A stretch of 64,000 nt of DNA from contig JAYWIR010000067.1 of the NCBI GenBank assembly GCA_036172245.1, forward strand, positions 434,001 through 498,000, given 5' to 3'. This document shows, in pieces, positions 1 to 13,919 of this stretch. The position numbers and the translations under genes are program-made. Every line of letters starts with the position of its first letter. Position 1 is the stretch's first letter. Under the pieces are notes generated by a model. The model was not told where the DNA came from, ran no database searches, and saw nothing but the letters and a program-made list of their open reading frames with translations. The DNA comes from Raillietiella orientalis. Taxonomy: Eukaryota.

Positions 1-2880
1 ACTACTCTAAGAAAGGATTGGTCCTTCTGTCCTTGGAACCCATGATAGGACCCTTCACTAAATTCGACAATATGAAATAAATTTGTTTGATTTCACGAAT
101 TCTTTCATACATTCCACCATTCAAATGGTTAACTGTTGTCCTTCAAGCTTCAATCATATGAATTATTGGGAACAAGCATTTCTGAGCATGTCACCCTACA
201 GAAATTCATTTTTCCCCTGATTTATTTCGAAATCACCGCTCCGATTCATTTTTTTTCCACATCATCTATTCGCAAACTTTCATATTTTTCCGAAGTGCAT
301 TGTAGTTTCAATTGCATTTATCCCCCTGATATTCGGAGCATCGAACAGGCACCTATACCCAATTATTGTCTAGTAGAAAACAATTAGGAGCATGGCTCTT
401 GATACTTTTTGTTCATCTGTAGAATCTTCCTCTCTGTACCTTTCTATATTCATACATCATTAATCAGATTACAAGCAATAACTCCATACTGGAAATGTAC
501 ACAGAGACCATGATCATCGACGTGAACACACAGAGCATTCCTTCAACAACTCCATCCTATGCTGAGCTTCACCTTCCTTCAAGTCCACTTATTCAATCTC
601 ATACTAGAGGCGGGCTCTTTATACCTGATGGTTTCAATATTCATCTTACCCGTCTTAATTGAATTTAAAATAAAACTCAAAAGAACACTGTACTGCAAGC
701 TAGCTAATTAGCTGCTCAACATGAAATTCAGTTTATATATCCATAGATTTTATTGTGGTCCATTTTCATCCTTCCTATGAACTGCGTCCTGATTGAAATT
801 TCCCTTTCTCTATTTAAAAAATCTCTATTTAGAATATGTTTGTGCCCAAATAATCAAAATACGAGATCATATACCAACACTGCAACCAAATTTCTCTCGT
901 AGATTCAGTTTCAAAATAAAATCCTCCAACAACTCTGTTTGCCATCCAATGCTTGGGATCTCCTTCCCTTCCTCTTTAATGTAACATGGAGCCTCATGTT
1001 TCTTCAGGATAAACTGTCACTTGTTCAAAGAACATAAAATCCTTCCATCCAATGAAGAATACGTTACCCTTATTCGTGTGTTCAATTGCAACCACAACTA
1101 GTAAAACGTAGTAAAATTTAATATCGACCAGCAACTCAAATTATCGGTATAGTGATCACATTAAATACGACTCCTCTTTTTTAAAGTTACACATGATGTC
1201 TTCAGAATTAATGAGAACATTAAATGTAGAAATATCCCTTTGTTGACAGAGAAAGCATAATAAAATCTGAAATTCGATCAAAGTATTTTGGTTTCCTTAA
1301 CGTGATTAAAAAAAACCACTGTATGGCTTGTAAAGCAGTGTCTACATAGGTCAAGTCTGCTTCCTGGCCTTACATAATGTCGACAAACATCAATAATAGC
1401 ATCTCATTTAGCTAATGAATAATTGGAAAGCATAGATTAATACTTTTATTTCTTCTTTAAAGATGATGCATCGCGCATAAATTCCTTCTATTATTCGGGT
1501 TCTTCGGCCAATTTAAGCATTGCATAATATATTTATGTTGTATTCTATGCATGCAAGATTTTCAAAAGGTAATTATACTAGTAATCTTTCATCTAAAACC
1601 TGCAACTCTAACTATTATATGAAAGTCAAATGAACTAGGAATACGGTAAATTCTTATCACTACATTAGTTAATGTGTTTGAAAAATACGTGCAGTCAGGT
1701 GCGTATTAATATCTTAAAAACAGAACTGCATTCAATGCTCTTATTAGCTTTAATGCATAGAATCTAAAACATATCCTTCTCCATCATCATTCACATATCC
1801 TATATGGAAATATTATTATTATTACTACTACCTTAAACATAATTCCTTTTTATTGATAATGTCATTATTCAACACTTCTTATACGTACCTGTACCGAGGT
1901 TTTATAAATATATGAGGCATCACTTGATAATTACACTGATTAATAGCTCTCAATAATGTGCATAATGTTAGAAATAAAGATTCACTTAAGCTTTATCTTT
2001 TTTCTTAAACACTGTTTGCCTCTTTGAAAAAAGTGGCTCTAACAGCCTTGAAACGAAGGGATTCTTCTATTCCAGCACTCTCAAACTAATGCTGAAGATC
2101 AGACTTACAGATCAGGCCTGTTCCACATTTATGGATCGTCTTTTGGGGTATCTTATCACATTCGTTCTCAAGCATACTGTTCTCAACCATGGCACAGGAT
2201 ACAAGCAAACTCCAACCCAGAATGATATTCTCATTTGTAATGCTGAACTTCTAAAACAGTTTGCCTATATTCTAAGGATAGAATTGAACATTCGTCGTGT
2301 TATGTACTTTATTTTCTCGAAGCTTAAGCCTCCAATACTTGCATGACAGCTTTCAGTAGATTCAGTGGATAGATTCAGGACAGTGTACTTTTGGATGTCT
2401 GTTTCTTAATTCATACTCGAAGGTTTCGTTTATATTCACTAATTTAATGATTATCTTAAAGATGGAGGAAGTAATCGCCATTCTCTAGTGCCAATTATCC
2501 ATCGTCAACAGCCACCCTTCCCACTTAAGAAAACATCAATTCTGCTCTTTGCCATATCTCTTCAGAGTATAGAATTGTGACTAAAAATCGTCAAACAAAA
2601 TGGAATTGACTAGAAACAATTATTCTGTTTCAATATTATCCAACTTGAACTCTCGGACTGCTGCTCACTGTACCAAGAAGGTGGGGTTTTATTGTACTAG
2701 AAACAAAAGTCCTTCGAAGATCTCGGTAACTGCGACTGCAGCAACCCCTGGTGGGGTTCTGCGAAGTACGCTGCGCTGCGCGGGACGGCTCGTGTCAAGT
2801 TGTGCACAGTGTACGTATAAACGTGCGTACATACTACAATTTGCAAATCTAGCTGTTAGTCGAAGGGGATCGACCTGATG
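1..2880 (-). mobile_element. Highly degenerate Ty1/copia-like LTR retrotransposon remnant (pol fragments)
   Basis: On the minus strand, ~510-545 reads GMLC-VHVDD once a 2-nt slip in a TG run is removed; this is a copia-type RT catalytic motif. At ~25-110 the minus strand reads RIREIKQII...V.SWVP, resembling the end of copia RNase H. An HKCG knuckle-like remnant lies at ~2120 and a PBS-like TGGTACAGTGAGC at ~2663-2675. The order fits copia, but there are many stops and the boundaries are approximate. Confidence 0.4.
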
Positions 2881-4174
2881 TTCAAGCTGCTGAATTTACT
2901 GCTAGTTATGATGGGAAAAAAAATATGCAGAAATGTGTACTTTATGGAGTCAATCGTTCATATAAGGATTTTGTCTGAAACGCACGCTTATATTTGAAAA
3001 GACCACCACAAGGTACTAACGTTTCCAAGAGTAATAATGTTAAGTACTAACGTTTTCAAGATTCACTTAAGAAATAGTTGCTTCTAATGCATAGGAAAAT
3101 TTGGATAACTAGGTAATGGAGAACATTTTACACAGGATGAAAAATTTCGATGGTAAGAAATATCACAATACCGATCACCAAGTATTATAGTGAATATCCA
3201 TAGTGAACCGGATTTTTGTTTTCAGTATCAATATTTTACGATAAACTCGCCAGACAGAGCTAGGATGTTGAGTTTAAAAAATTTAGGCTGTAGTAAATTT
3301 AGGCATTGCACAGTATATGAAATGAGTGCTATGTATTCTACTTACTAGCTATGTATAACATTATGTAAGTATTTGATTCAGGTTTATTTCAATTTGGTAT
3401 TCATGTGCATCATGTTATCTATTCATGATTCAATATGTTCTGTGTGGTGATAATATGTAAATGACATCTCCCATTGGCATAACTACGTGCTGTTGAAAGA
3501 GAAAAATATGCTTTCACTTGATAACACAGCAAAAAATATTATATTAATCCATATTTTCTAGATGTAAATGATCAGTTAAAGGAACACAAGACAATTACAC
3601 AAAAGATTATTTGTTGAAAGGAAGGAAAAATTTAACCTTTTGCACTTTATTTAATGGATGCAAAGTCTCTATGATAATTATCTTTGCAAGATAGATACAT
3701 TAGTTTATAAAGAACCATTTTACAAACGAGAATTAATTATGACAGTGGAGAGAAACTTCTTGGTAATTTCGAAAAAATAAAGTAAAGAAAGTTGGAAAGG
3801 AAACAAATAATTGCTGTATTCTGGCTGAAATGATTAAGCAGAACTACCAAACTCAAATTCTTTGTAAGTGGCTGCCTTTTCACAAAAATTTTGGACTTTT
3901 AAGTTTCATTTCCAAAAATTAAGAATTTTTTTTTTGGAATAAACTTTTAATGACCCCAAAATGCTGTTTTTATTAAACATGATGAAAAAGGTTGGAAACT
4001 TATTGTCCTTGAGTAGTTGAGTGTGTATTTTAAGTTATGAAGATGATTAGTCACTTGGAACTTAGAAACATGTACAAGCTGGTCAGTGCTAAATCTTACT
4101 GCTTCTGCGCTAGCTTTGCTGTTTCCAAAATCCACCATGCTGTGATCCGTACTCCAAAAACAAGGAAAATACTT

Positions 4175-6005
4175 TCACAAACCATATTCTTTAGCAAGTG
4201 CATCAATTTTTTCTTTACCCACTTTAGTTTGACATTCTCTAAGTAAATTTTGAATTTCTAAACAAAGATTTGTTTCAGAAACATAGGATGATACAAACTT
4301 ACTTTGTTTATCCTGCTGAGAAAAAAATAACATCAGAATTTGAAATCTTTTCATAGTTGCTAAATGGTATAAATAATTATATATTTCTTCTTTCTCAAAG
4401 TCAGCAGATGTTGCCAAAATTTCAACTATATCAGTAATTACAGAAACCTCTAAACAATCTTTGAAAATATCTGAGAAATGGTTTGGCTTCAACTTTTTAA
4501 GATATGCACTTTTTTGGAAGTTACTCAGTCTTTTCAATTCTAAAGCAAATTGTGTGCTTGATTTTGGTGAATCACACAGTTCGTCTATCGGATTTTCAGA
4601 AGCAGACCCTATAACATTATCAGTGGCTTTAAGTAAGTTATGTCTATTGCTTGCAGCAAGTTTCTCATCTTCATACATCATTTCATGTATTGGGATGCTT
4701 CGCATTGTATCTTTCACTCTTTTTTGAGGGGGAATCTGAATAGAGGGTATTTCTATCATATCAGCATAAGAAGGAAATACATTTTTACAGGAATTTTGAG
4801 TTTTTAAATTCATTGAATTTTCAAACTCATTCTGTTTACAATTCTGCAATTTGAGTTCTTTCATTTTAAGATTCTCAAGTTCTTTTGCAGCATATTGATT
4901 ATGAGGATCTAGTGTGAGTACTTGTTTTAAGTCTATCTTTGCTTCTTTGAATTGCTGTTTTCCAATTCTTGCAAGAGCCCTTCTCAAATAGGCTTTCGTA
5001 TATGTTGGATCTAACAGTATTGCACAAGAGCAATCAGATTCAGCTGCCCCATACCTAAACAAACATATTCAAAGTTCATACAAATGTAACTTACTGTTCC
5101 TTTTTTAACAACACCATTGCACGATTTGCAAACAACTGGGCATTTGTTGGGTCACACTGTAATCCTGAAGTATACAGTTCAACAGCCTCATTCCACTTTT
5201 TTTCTTCATATTTTCTGTTACCCTAATATCAACTTATTAAATACACTAGTGCAATTGTTCAATCTGTTTTGAAAATAAAATAGGGTTGAAAGGTAACAAA
5301 TATTTCAATGAAACATTCCAGTTTTCTATTTTTTCTTTTAGAGAAAAAAAAAGACAAATAAATACACATTACTTGGTCTTTGAATGCCAAAGCTTTTTGC
5401 CTCAAAATATCTTCTGACTCCGTGTCACTATTGTCACCATTTTCATAACTTTTACTTTCAGGATATTTCGATTCCATGCATTCAGACGATTCTTTCTGAA
5501 GAACAACAATATTAAATGAGGTCTTCATAAAATGCATACGATCAAATTTAACTAACTACTGCACCATATTTTTCTGGTGACATTTAGTCATAAGAAGCAA
5601 CCTGTTTTGGAGACTCATGTTTCTTTGGAAACGTTGCATAATCACAATTTCCTGCTGTCTCATTTCTTTTTCTTATTCCTGCCTTTGCACGTATTGGAGG
5701 CACTTCATCCATAACCTATGACCCAAAGACAAGTATGATGTCACTCAAATCCATAGAGCCTTAATTAAACATGAATAATTAAACTCCACACATCACTATT
5801 ATCAGACAAAATCAAATTACACACATCTATGTAAAACCATCATATTCTGTTATAAACCGTATTTGGTTACCTTTCTGTTTGTGGAATTCATCAATTTGTT
5901 CTCTCTTTCCTTTATTTCGGTTTCCCATGTTTCCAGATCTTTCAAAAAATTCTGCAAATCTTCAGCCTGAAATTTCACTCTAGACTGTGCTTCTAAAGGA
6001 TCCAT
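4175..6005 (-). CDS. RPAP3: RNA polymerase II-associated protein 3 (RPAP3/Spaghetti; R2TP co-chaperone), ~444 aa, 6 exons
   Basis: Exons 6005-5871, 5715-5602, 5495-5373, 5222-5095, 5054-4303 and 4257-4175. All introns are GT-AG with consistent phase, 1335 nt in total. The N-terminus MDPLEAQSRVKFQAEDLQNFLKDLETWE is RPAP3-like. There is one TPR cluster (KDQGNRKY...ANRAM...KAYLRRALAR) and an RPAP3 C-terminal domain (PKSSTQF...IFKDCLE...KRFQILMLF). Confidence 0.92.
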
Positions 6006-7370
6006 ATGGTACACATTAACTAAAAATTGACCTTTTGTCTTTCAGAAACATGATCATTTAATCATGTAAAGCAATGGCCTAAAAGTTTGAATACTCTGAA
6101 CAAACTTTTTCAAGATCACATGCTACAAGTGTACTCGAATTACGTATACATTGAGAAAATAAATCACGTTTTCCATTTATGCAGGAAGTATTTCCTTTAC
6201 TTAATTTGCTACATTAATGTACTGATGGAGCAAAGTTTACCAAAAAATTGTCCTGACCCTAAATAACTCTCGTACCTCACGTTCAAACATCAGTTCCTTT
6301 TAAACAATTACAAAAACGGGATTTGGTGATAAACCCCGATTCAAAATATTCCTAGATTATCATTTCAAGCTGGCAATACAATATTTCAAACCTTTTCAAT
6401 GCATAACGAACAATGCATTTTCAAAGCATTGACCAAATGCATTGCCTACGTTTCTCTAAAAACAATTATTACCTAATTACAGATCATGATGGCTCCAGCG
6501 GTTTGGTTTGAAATATGCCTTTTCGAAGCAACAATGGAATTACCACAAAATAGACTTAAATAGTAGACAAAATAGAATTACGTAAGTATAATGGAGCACA
6601 TGATCAAGTGAACGATTATTCTTTGAATACAAATCAAACTTAAGAAAGTTAAATTTCCGCAATAAACTAGAAATCCATGCAATTTGGGAGACTAAATCAC
6701 AAAATCAACGAAAACTGAAGTGCCAGATAATGCTGCATCAAGTTAGCATAGATACACAATCAAATATCTGGCCTAAAAGCACAATAGTTTATGATAATGC
6801 TAACAACAGATTCCGTTCGAAAACGTACACAAGATTCATACATGCCATTGTTTCAGAGCAATTGATGAAAGTGAATCAAAGAGTCAGAAAGTCTCCTTTA
6901 TTGTGATATGGAGTAATTCTCTTAAGATCTTTTCTAAGAAGCGCATTTTAACAACGGAAATCGGAGCTTCCCACAGTCCTCATACACATTACAAAAATAA
7001 TTTGCCTTCCTCAGAGTGAGCACTAAAGCAAACACTCAAGAACATTTCACAAGATAAAAGCTAAATTAAATCATGAAAGAAAGAAATTAATACAATATAA
7101 GAAGCTTCACTTATTAATTTTATGACGCTAACTCAATAAGATTTACTAATAAAAGACAAAGGAAACATCACTGTAAGGTCAGCTATCCACATTTTAAAGA
7201 ATATACAGTTGCAAAGACCATCAGTAAAATAAACAGACATATAAAGATAACCACGTTCTAAAACTAACTATCACTGGAAGTTCCAACTCGATAAATCTCA
7301 CTCATTTTACAAGTAAAATATAAAATAGATGACATATCCAGCAAAACAAAATATTGAAAGCTTCAGTTCC

Positions 7371-7940
7371 TCACACAAAAACACAAAGATCAAACACAAA
7401 AGCATGCAAAACTTCATCACCATATGATGGCAATAAACAAAGGATGACACAAAAAATTAGTAAGTAGCTCAACACATAAAAAAATACATAAATGAAAACC
7501 CACGCAATTACGAGTGCGCCTCGCCATTGAGGTGACAACCCACCCCTCCCTTTCCAACCTCTCCCAGTGGCCAGCAACGCAAGGCTCGCAGGAAAGTGGA
7601 GTCCTGAAACGATGGTGATCCTTCGATCGCGGGATGAAGCAGAGCACGGAGAGAACAGACGCTGCCAGTGCTTCCCGAGTGAGACCTCAGCACGACCGAA
7701 AAAAGGCGGAGTGAAGCCAGCAGGAGGTTGTGCCATCCCTCCGATCCACGGGACGATAGACACAGGGGGAAACGCTCCCTTTGTCCCTTTCCCCGCACTA
7801 AGCTGGAGGCCACTCCGCCTCCGCCAGGTCTCGGAATGGGCACCAAGCAAGCGTCCTCTTCACCCGACCCGCTGTCCAGCACCGCCATTTCAATCGTCGC
7901 CGCCGCGGGAGGCCGGATGCAGCTGCAGCATCCACAGGAA
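7371..7940 (-). mobile_element. Decayed 3' fragment of an L1/Tx1-like LINE (ORF2 C-terminal region plus T-rich 3' UTR)
   Basis: GC rises abruptly at ~7.5 kb. The minus strand shows an EWPP motif like the ORF2 C-termini elsewhere in the window, followed by a T-rich tail like the family's 3' UTRs. Frames are broken. Confidence 0.45.
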
Positions 7941-9327
7941 CTTTCCCTGGCTCGGAAGGCAACAACCGCACCGGAGGGCCTTCCGTTTTCCTTCTGCTGC
8001 CGGACAGCACCATGCTCGGAGCGTTTCCAGTCGCAGGAACGGTAACCGACGGCTGTCTGTTGTCCCAAAGAAATCTCCTCCGTGCCTGTTGAACTGGACT
8101 GCTCCAGAGGCGGTGCTGGAGGAGGCCTGGCACCGTGCGGCTAGCTGGTGTGAACGCATCAGAAACTGGAGCCAAGCCAAGCCCCATGGTACGGCGGGCT
8201 GCGCTGCTACCAGCAGGGTGTCTGCATGTGCACGACCCGTTCCGGTTGGAAGAGAATGACGGTGAGCAGCTTCCGCCTGCTGTCTTCCATCCACTGCGCA
8301 ACGGACTTGGAGGCTACGCTGAGTCCGCAGCGGATCCACGGTCCATCTTGGAATTGCCTGTCACGCAGCTGCCTTCCAGCGAGCCTCGTTTCCAGGAGGA
8401 GTGAGGTGGAAGGACGCTGGCCACCGGCGCCTCTCCTCCTGCGGGGATTCCTTGCGAGATCCCGGTCTACTCGGGGTCACCCTTTCCTGGGGAGACGGAA
8501 AGGGAACAGCCTGGATTCAGCGGGATATCCTTGAGGTCAGCGGACTTCCGAGACTCAGGATGCGGATCTCCACCCGCCAACGAAACATCCCTGGAAGAGG
8601 AAGGTTCGGTCCGGGAGAGTTGAGGCAAGAGAAAGAGCAAAGTAGCAGGGAGTGACCGTCTGGATAGCAGTTCCGAGGAAAAAAGGAATAAAGACGAGGC
8701 GAGCCGGTGCGACGTCGGATCCGATGTTGCAACGTTCCCCGACAAGCAGGGTGCTGCGCATGTGAGCAGCGAGCCGTTCCCGGGAGCCAGCTCTCGGGAG
8801 AGGAGCGAAGCACGCAAACCGGGGGCGAACGCGAAGCGAGAGGGAGAGCTTTGCCGGATCCACTCTGGACAGCGAACCAGTCGCAACGAGTTCTCTGGCA
8901 GGACCGAGCACGCCCTTCGCAAGCCACGTGAAGAAATCGCCTCAGGGAAAGAACTCTCTGCCCGACAAGAAGAATGCCATCAAAGGTCCAAAGGTTGTTG
9001 ACGGTAGGGGATTGGGGGGCACGCGATTCGATGAAGGGTGCCAAGGACCGCGAGCACCGGAGGCTCCTGCACGCATGCTGCGCTACCGTACTTGCGCAAC
9101 TGCGGCTGAACGGCACGGCGGCTGAACTCGTGCTCATGAAGACAACCACTCCGCAGAGTGGATGCCAGCGAACTCGTGGAGGCGGTGGCGTCAGCAGGAC
9201 GAGTTCAGCTCCTAGACGCTTCGTACACCCCACTCGGAAAATGGCACCGGAAATTGGCGGGATGAGCGCAAGTGGCGAAACGATCCTCTCGAGCATGAGG
9301 AAACGCAGACGCGCAGGCAGCACACGA

Positions 9328-10270
9328 TTTTCACCCGGGTCTCCGGGGCGTTTATTTCAAACAAACTCGAACACGCGCTGTGGCTGGCCCAGTGATCCAG
9401 CCACGCCCGGAGAAACAATACAGAGCCTGCCGGGTCACCGGTTCGCAGACCGGTACGGTCCACCACGGCAGCAGGGGGAGGGGAGGGACAAGGAAAGAAA
9501 AAAAACGAATCAAAAGGAAAAGAAAAGGTGGGAGGGTGCGGGAAGGCATCACTGTTGCTGCTGGGGCCGCTGCATCCCTCGCAGGATGGCGGCAAGCTCT
9601 GTCTGCATTTGTGGATCCAGGTGGGGCCATCGCGTCGTCCTTTCCAAAAATTCGGCGGTGCTCTGGATGGCACCCTTATCGCGAGGTCCTCCCGCTGCCT
9701 TGCTCCAAGCGGCGACGATCCCGCGAAGGCAGCACAGGGCTGCTGACGAGGCCACAGGTCGAAGGGCGTCGGAAACGAAGAGGGCTTTCCCTGCGTCCCT
9801 GGGGTTGCCGCAGGGGATTCCTATGGCCGCGGCAAAGCGTAGCCAAAGGGGCCGAAGGGCAACCGAATCCACAAGGAGGTGGGGGAGGGACTCCGGTTCG
9901 CCACACCTAAAGCAATTGGGGTTAACCGCTCCTCAGGTCCAGTGGTGTCGGCAGGCGTTGCAGCGGAGTCCAAAGTGCTGCAACAGTAGAGCCGACTCCT
10001 GCCATTTTAAGGCGAGGGTGGAGGTGTTCATGAGCACCGGGGGCCACTTGAGATGCTCAGTCGGAACATGGAGCAGCGCGCCTCAGCGCACAAGTCCATG
10101 GGGAGGCGTACTCGGGGTCGCAGCGTCTGTTAGCTGACCCGTCTTCCACTCTCCTTGCTAGTTCTCCTTCCCGGAGAGGTAACTGTAACCTCCCACCTTG
10201 CCGCAACATCGGTGTCCAGATCTACCTTTAGGAAAGCCAGCGCAGCAGCGACAGGGTGGGGGTGGGGGTG
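9328..10270 (-). mobile_element. 5'-truncated L1/Tx1-like LINE insertion with a 15-bp TSD
   Basis: Flanked by the perfect direct repeat GCAGGCAGCACACGA at 9313-9327 and 10271-10285. It encodes the ORF2 C-terminus (CFRCGEPESLPHLLVD zinc-finger region) and is similar to 44600-45200. It ends in AATAAA + stem-loop + AAAA. Confidence 0.9.
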
Positions 10271-13200
10271 GCAGGCAGCACACGAGTGCATCAGGAAGAA
10301 GCACGTTACAGAGCGAGAATCGCATTGGTTGCGCTTGCTTTCCGCAGACAAACCAGAAGAAGAACCCACCCTCCGAAGCTTGATGCATGCATCCGTTCGG
10401 AAGCCGGGAAAGTAACCCGCAGTCGGTCACCAAGCGTTTGCTATGAGTGCCGCCTGCTGTTCGACTTTGCGAGTTCGGCACGCGAAAAAGAGATTGCTCC
10501 GCGGAAAGTAAGCCTCGGGCCGAGAGAAATGGGCAACTGCGTTTCGAAAAAACCGAAGGAGAGACTGCTTCGTACGACACTACGTTTGCGTACGAGAAGG
10601 TGGAACAAGGAAGAGAAGGGGCAGGAAAGCGAGAAAACATTCCGGATAGCGGACGCGCGTGGTACGGGAGGAATTCGAAGATTGGGAATGCAAAGATTCT
10701 CTTGGGACTGACGTCAGGCAAAAGGCCCTGCAGAGATGAGAAAATCCGCGGCGCGCAACGCGAAAAGATGCTGGGAGCGGTGGAAGGAGGAGTTCTTTTG
10801 CTGTTGGGAACATGACTGCCCGGAATGGACGTCGTGCTTGTTTGAGCGAAGCCTCATGCTGCGTCCCGCAGAAGCATGGACGAATGGCCGACGAAGGCTT
10901 GCCAAGTTGTAGGTGTCGGGCAGGCAATGGCGACATGAGTGCAAGTAGAAGGTGCATTCTCCCGTCTCGTGGGCTGCACGGTGGTGGGCGTGCGAAATCG
11001 CTGGCGTCAACGCGGGAAAGGGTTTGCATGTGAGTGAGGCAGCGGGTGAATGGCAGCCTGCTTTTCCTGAATGGAAGGTGGGGTGCACTGGCGCAAACTC
11101 ATGCATGGGAATCGTAGGTGCTGTTTGCTCGCACCGGAGCAGTGGAGAAAAAGAAAGGTTGCGATGGCGATGCGCCATGCGGGAGGCGCGTGCCGAACGG
11201 GAGAGAGAGCGGTTGCCTTTTTGCTTGCTTCGTGCGTGTGGGGAGCGATGTCCGGTGAAAAGGGAGTGCACCCCAGCAAGAAAGCAAAAGTAGTGTGGCA
11301 CCCCCGCAGCCGTCGGCGGACGTGCAGCGCCTTTCGAAACGGCCGTGTTCGGCGCAGCTTAAATGGTCGCGGAGCGGCGGTGTTGGTAGTATTGTGGCGT
11401 AGGTTGGATTTTGCGCTGTGGCGAACACGTGCGTCTGCCTGTGGCTGACTGAACTGCCGACGATGAGTGCCACCAATGATGCCATGTGCTGAGCAACCGG
11501 CCGAGCATCGTCTTGCGAAATTCGGAGACGAATCCCACTTTCGTGTAAGCGGAGGCACACAGTGATTGTGGATTTTGGGTTCGTTCGGTAATGAGACCCC
11601 CCCTTACGAAAGGAAAAGGTGGAATAGGTTCGTCCTGCGGATTGTGGATGAAGTTGGTGCGAGGATAAAAATGTGTTATTTGTGCAGCTTGGGTCCCCAG
11701 GTATGGATTCATGTTTCAGAAAATACTGCTATGTAAAAGTTGCTGTAAAAGTTGCGTTTTCGCCAGGTGAATTGTGTTTCGCCTCGTTCGGTTGTTTGTT
11801 TGGGGGCTGAAACGTTTTGCAGCACGTCCGTCGTGCCGTCTTGGAGTTTGCGCGCTCGTTTTGTGCAGGGGTGGTCCAAGCGGTGTGGGGGGTGGGTCGA
11901 GAGGGAGAAAGGAGAAACGCTGGTCGGTGTGGCGTTGTTGGCTCTGTGGATTTGCTTGCATGGTGGGGCTGCATTGCTGTTTTGCCAAGACTGCAGTTTG
12001 TGTTAGGGGAACGGTGGCCATGCAGCCGTGAGGAGTTTTTGGGACGGACTTTGCAAATTGGATGTTGGTTTGGAAGTGTGGATGTGGTAAAGTGCATGCG
12101 AGAACGCTGCTGTTGCAGAGAGGGTAGAAAGGAAAGGAGTTTGGGATGCTTTTTTCAGCGGTTGCCAGCTGAGAAAGTTTGTAGAGAGTGGCAGTATGGG
12201 AATGTATGTGCACGTGGAGCAAGAAAGGAGTGCTGGTTGTTTGCCAGTTTTGGTTGTTTTTCATTGCTTTTGTTGTGGAGGTGTGAAGATTGGGGATTGG
12301 ATTGAGATGCCAACCAGTTTCTTGGGATGAGTTTGCCGTGTGGCTCATGCAATGGAGAAGGAAGGCTGCCTGGAGGCATGTAAAGAGAAGAACAGGATAA
12401 GGTGGAGGTTGCATGTTTTTGGTGGGAGGTAATGCAGGGAACCGTGCAAGATTGGAAGCTTGCAAGGCCTGGACCACCAAGCTTGAGTAGGGACACTTTT
12501 TGAAGCAAATCAGGAGGAGTAGGAAGTGTGTGCAGTCTAGTTGGGACTTGGGAGCACTTTGAAGAACGAAATTGCCTCGGAAGGTGTGCAGAGGGAGCTG
12601 TTTTTTCTTTTTCAGTAGTCGGTCTTGGGTGCAAATTGCAACGTGGGCTTGCTCAGAGGAAAGTACTGGGTGAGGAAGTAAGGAAAGAGGGCATTTTGCT
12701 GGAAGCAGAATGTGTTTGGAAGCCAGAGCCTAGTGCAAGCAGAGAGGATCAGTTGTGTTTAGGCAAGGGAATGCTGTGCATGCGTGATGCAGCAGAAGAG
12801 AAATGGTTGTTTTTTGAGTTTTATTTTGGATTGAAGTGCGAGGGGGTTGTTGGTGCTGGAGGTTGGGTGAATCGACTGCTTGCAATTGTGGAAATGTGCA
12901 GCTGAGCAATGGAATGCATTGCAGCATGCACGGTGGAAAGTTTGGTGTTTGTTTTTGCAGTAAGCATTTTGGCCATGCACACAAAACTTGCAGAGCCCAT
13001 TTCCTTGCATAGGGATGCAATGTCTTTTGTTTTTCTTGGAGCAAACAACATGAGGAAATGGTGTTGGTTTTTTTTTTTTTCTTTTTTGCATGGATGCAAG
13101 GATTGTTTGTACTCCTTGTTGGTTCGGCTTTTGGTGGTGTGCTGCATGGGGTGGGAAATTGAGGATCCAATGGAAGGACCAGACTTGGTTCTGGAATTTT

Positions 13201-13870
13201 GCACTTCTGCGTCCAGAGTCCCAAGTAGAGGTTGTTGGTGCTGAGTTTGAAAGGTCAACACCATGCTGTGTGCATGTTGCGCCCCAGCTTGCTGTTTGAC
13301 AGAGAGGTTTTGCATTGTAGGAAGGTGGAACGGAAAGGCTTGAGCCGGGAAGGTGTTGATCAGAGAAGATGTTGCTGTTTGGCTTTTTCGTGAAATTGGT
13401 GGCAGAGCACTTACGGTTGAAGATGCATGCTTGGCAAAGCTTGTGAGCTTGCAGATGAGCTCCCGTTTTGAACCACCTAATTCGTGGAGCAGAGTGTGTG
13501 GGTGATGTGTGTGTGGAGAATGCTGTAGAAGGGAGTGGCACAAGAAGTGAAGGAAAATCCAAAGGTGGCTGGAAGAGATTGCACGTTTGTGAAAGAATTG
13601 GGGCCAAGTTTGCAGGGGATTTGCAATCACTGGAAGGTGGACGTCTGGACTGGCTGCGTACACAAGATTGCTGTGTGCTCTGTTGTGTGGAAACAGGTGT
13701 TTGTTCGATTGTGTGGCAGGGGTTGAATGTGTGTTTTTTTGACAGAAGATATACAGAGAGAGCTTGTGCATCGAGAGATCAGAGATGGTGTTCTTGGTAG
13801 GGGTGGAGTTTCTTGAAGGTGTGTGCTGCACATTTGGGACGGTTTTCCAGCCGGGCAGTGTTCCCCTTGA

Positions 13871-13871
<1 letters not shown>

Positions 13872-13916
<45 letters not shown>
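13872..13916. repeat. (TG)22 microsatellite
   Basis: Pure TG dinucleotide run read directly. Confidence 0.98.

Positions 13917-13919
<3 letters not shown>

Noticed and set aside
5584..5601. RPAP3 intron 2 begins in frame with VASYD*, resembling the SYDY motif of RPAP3-family proteins (possible intronised exon)
   Set aside because: The match is only three residues and is followed by a stop. The spacing to a downstream KFD-like triplet is wrong, so chance is sufficient.
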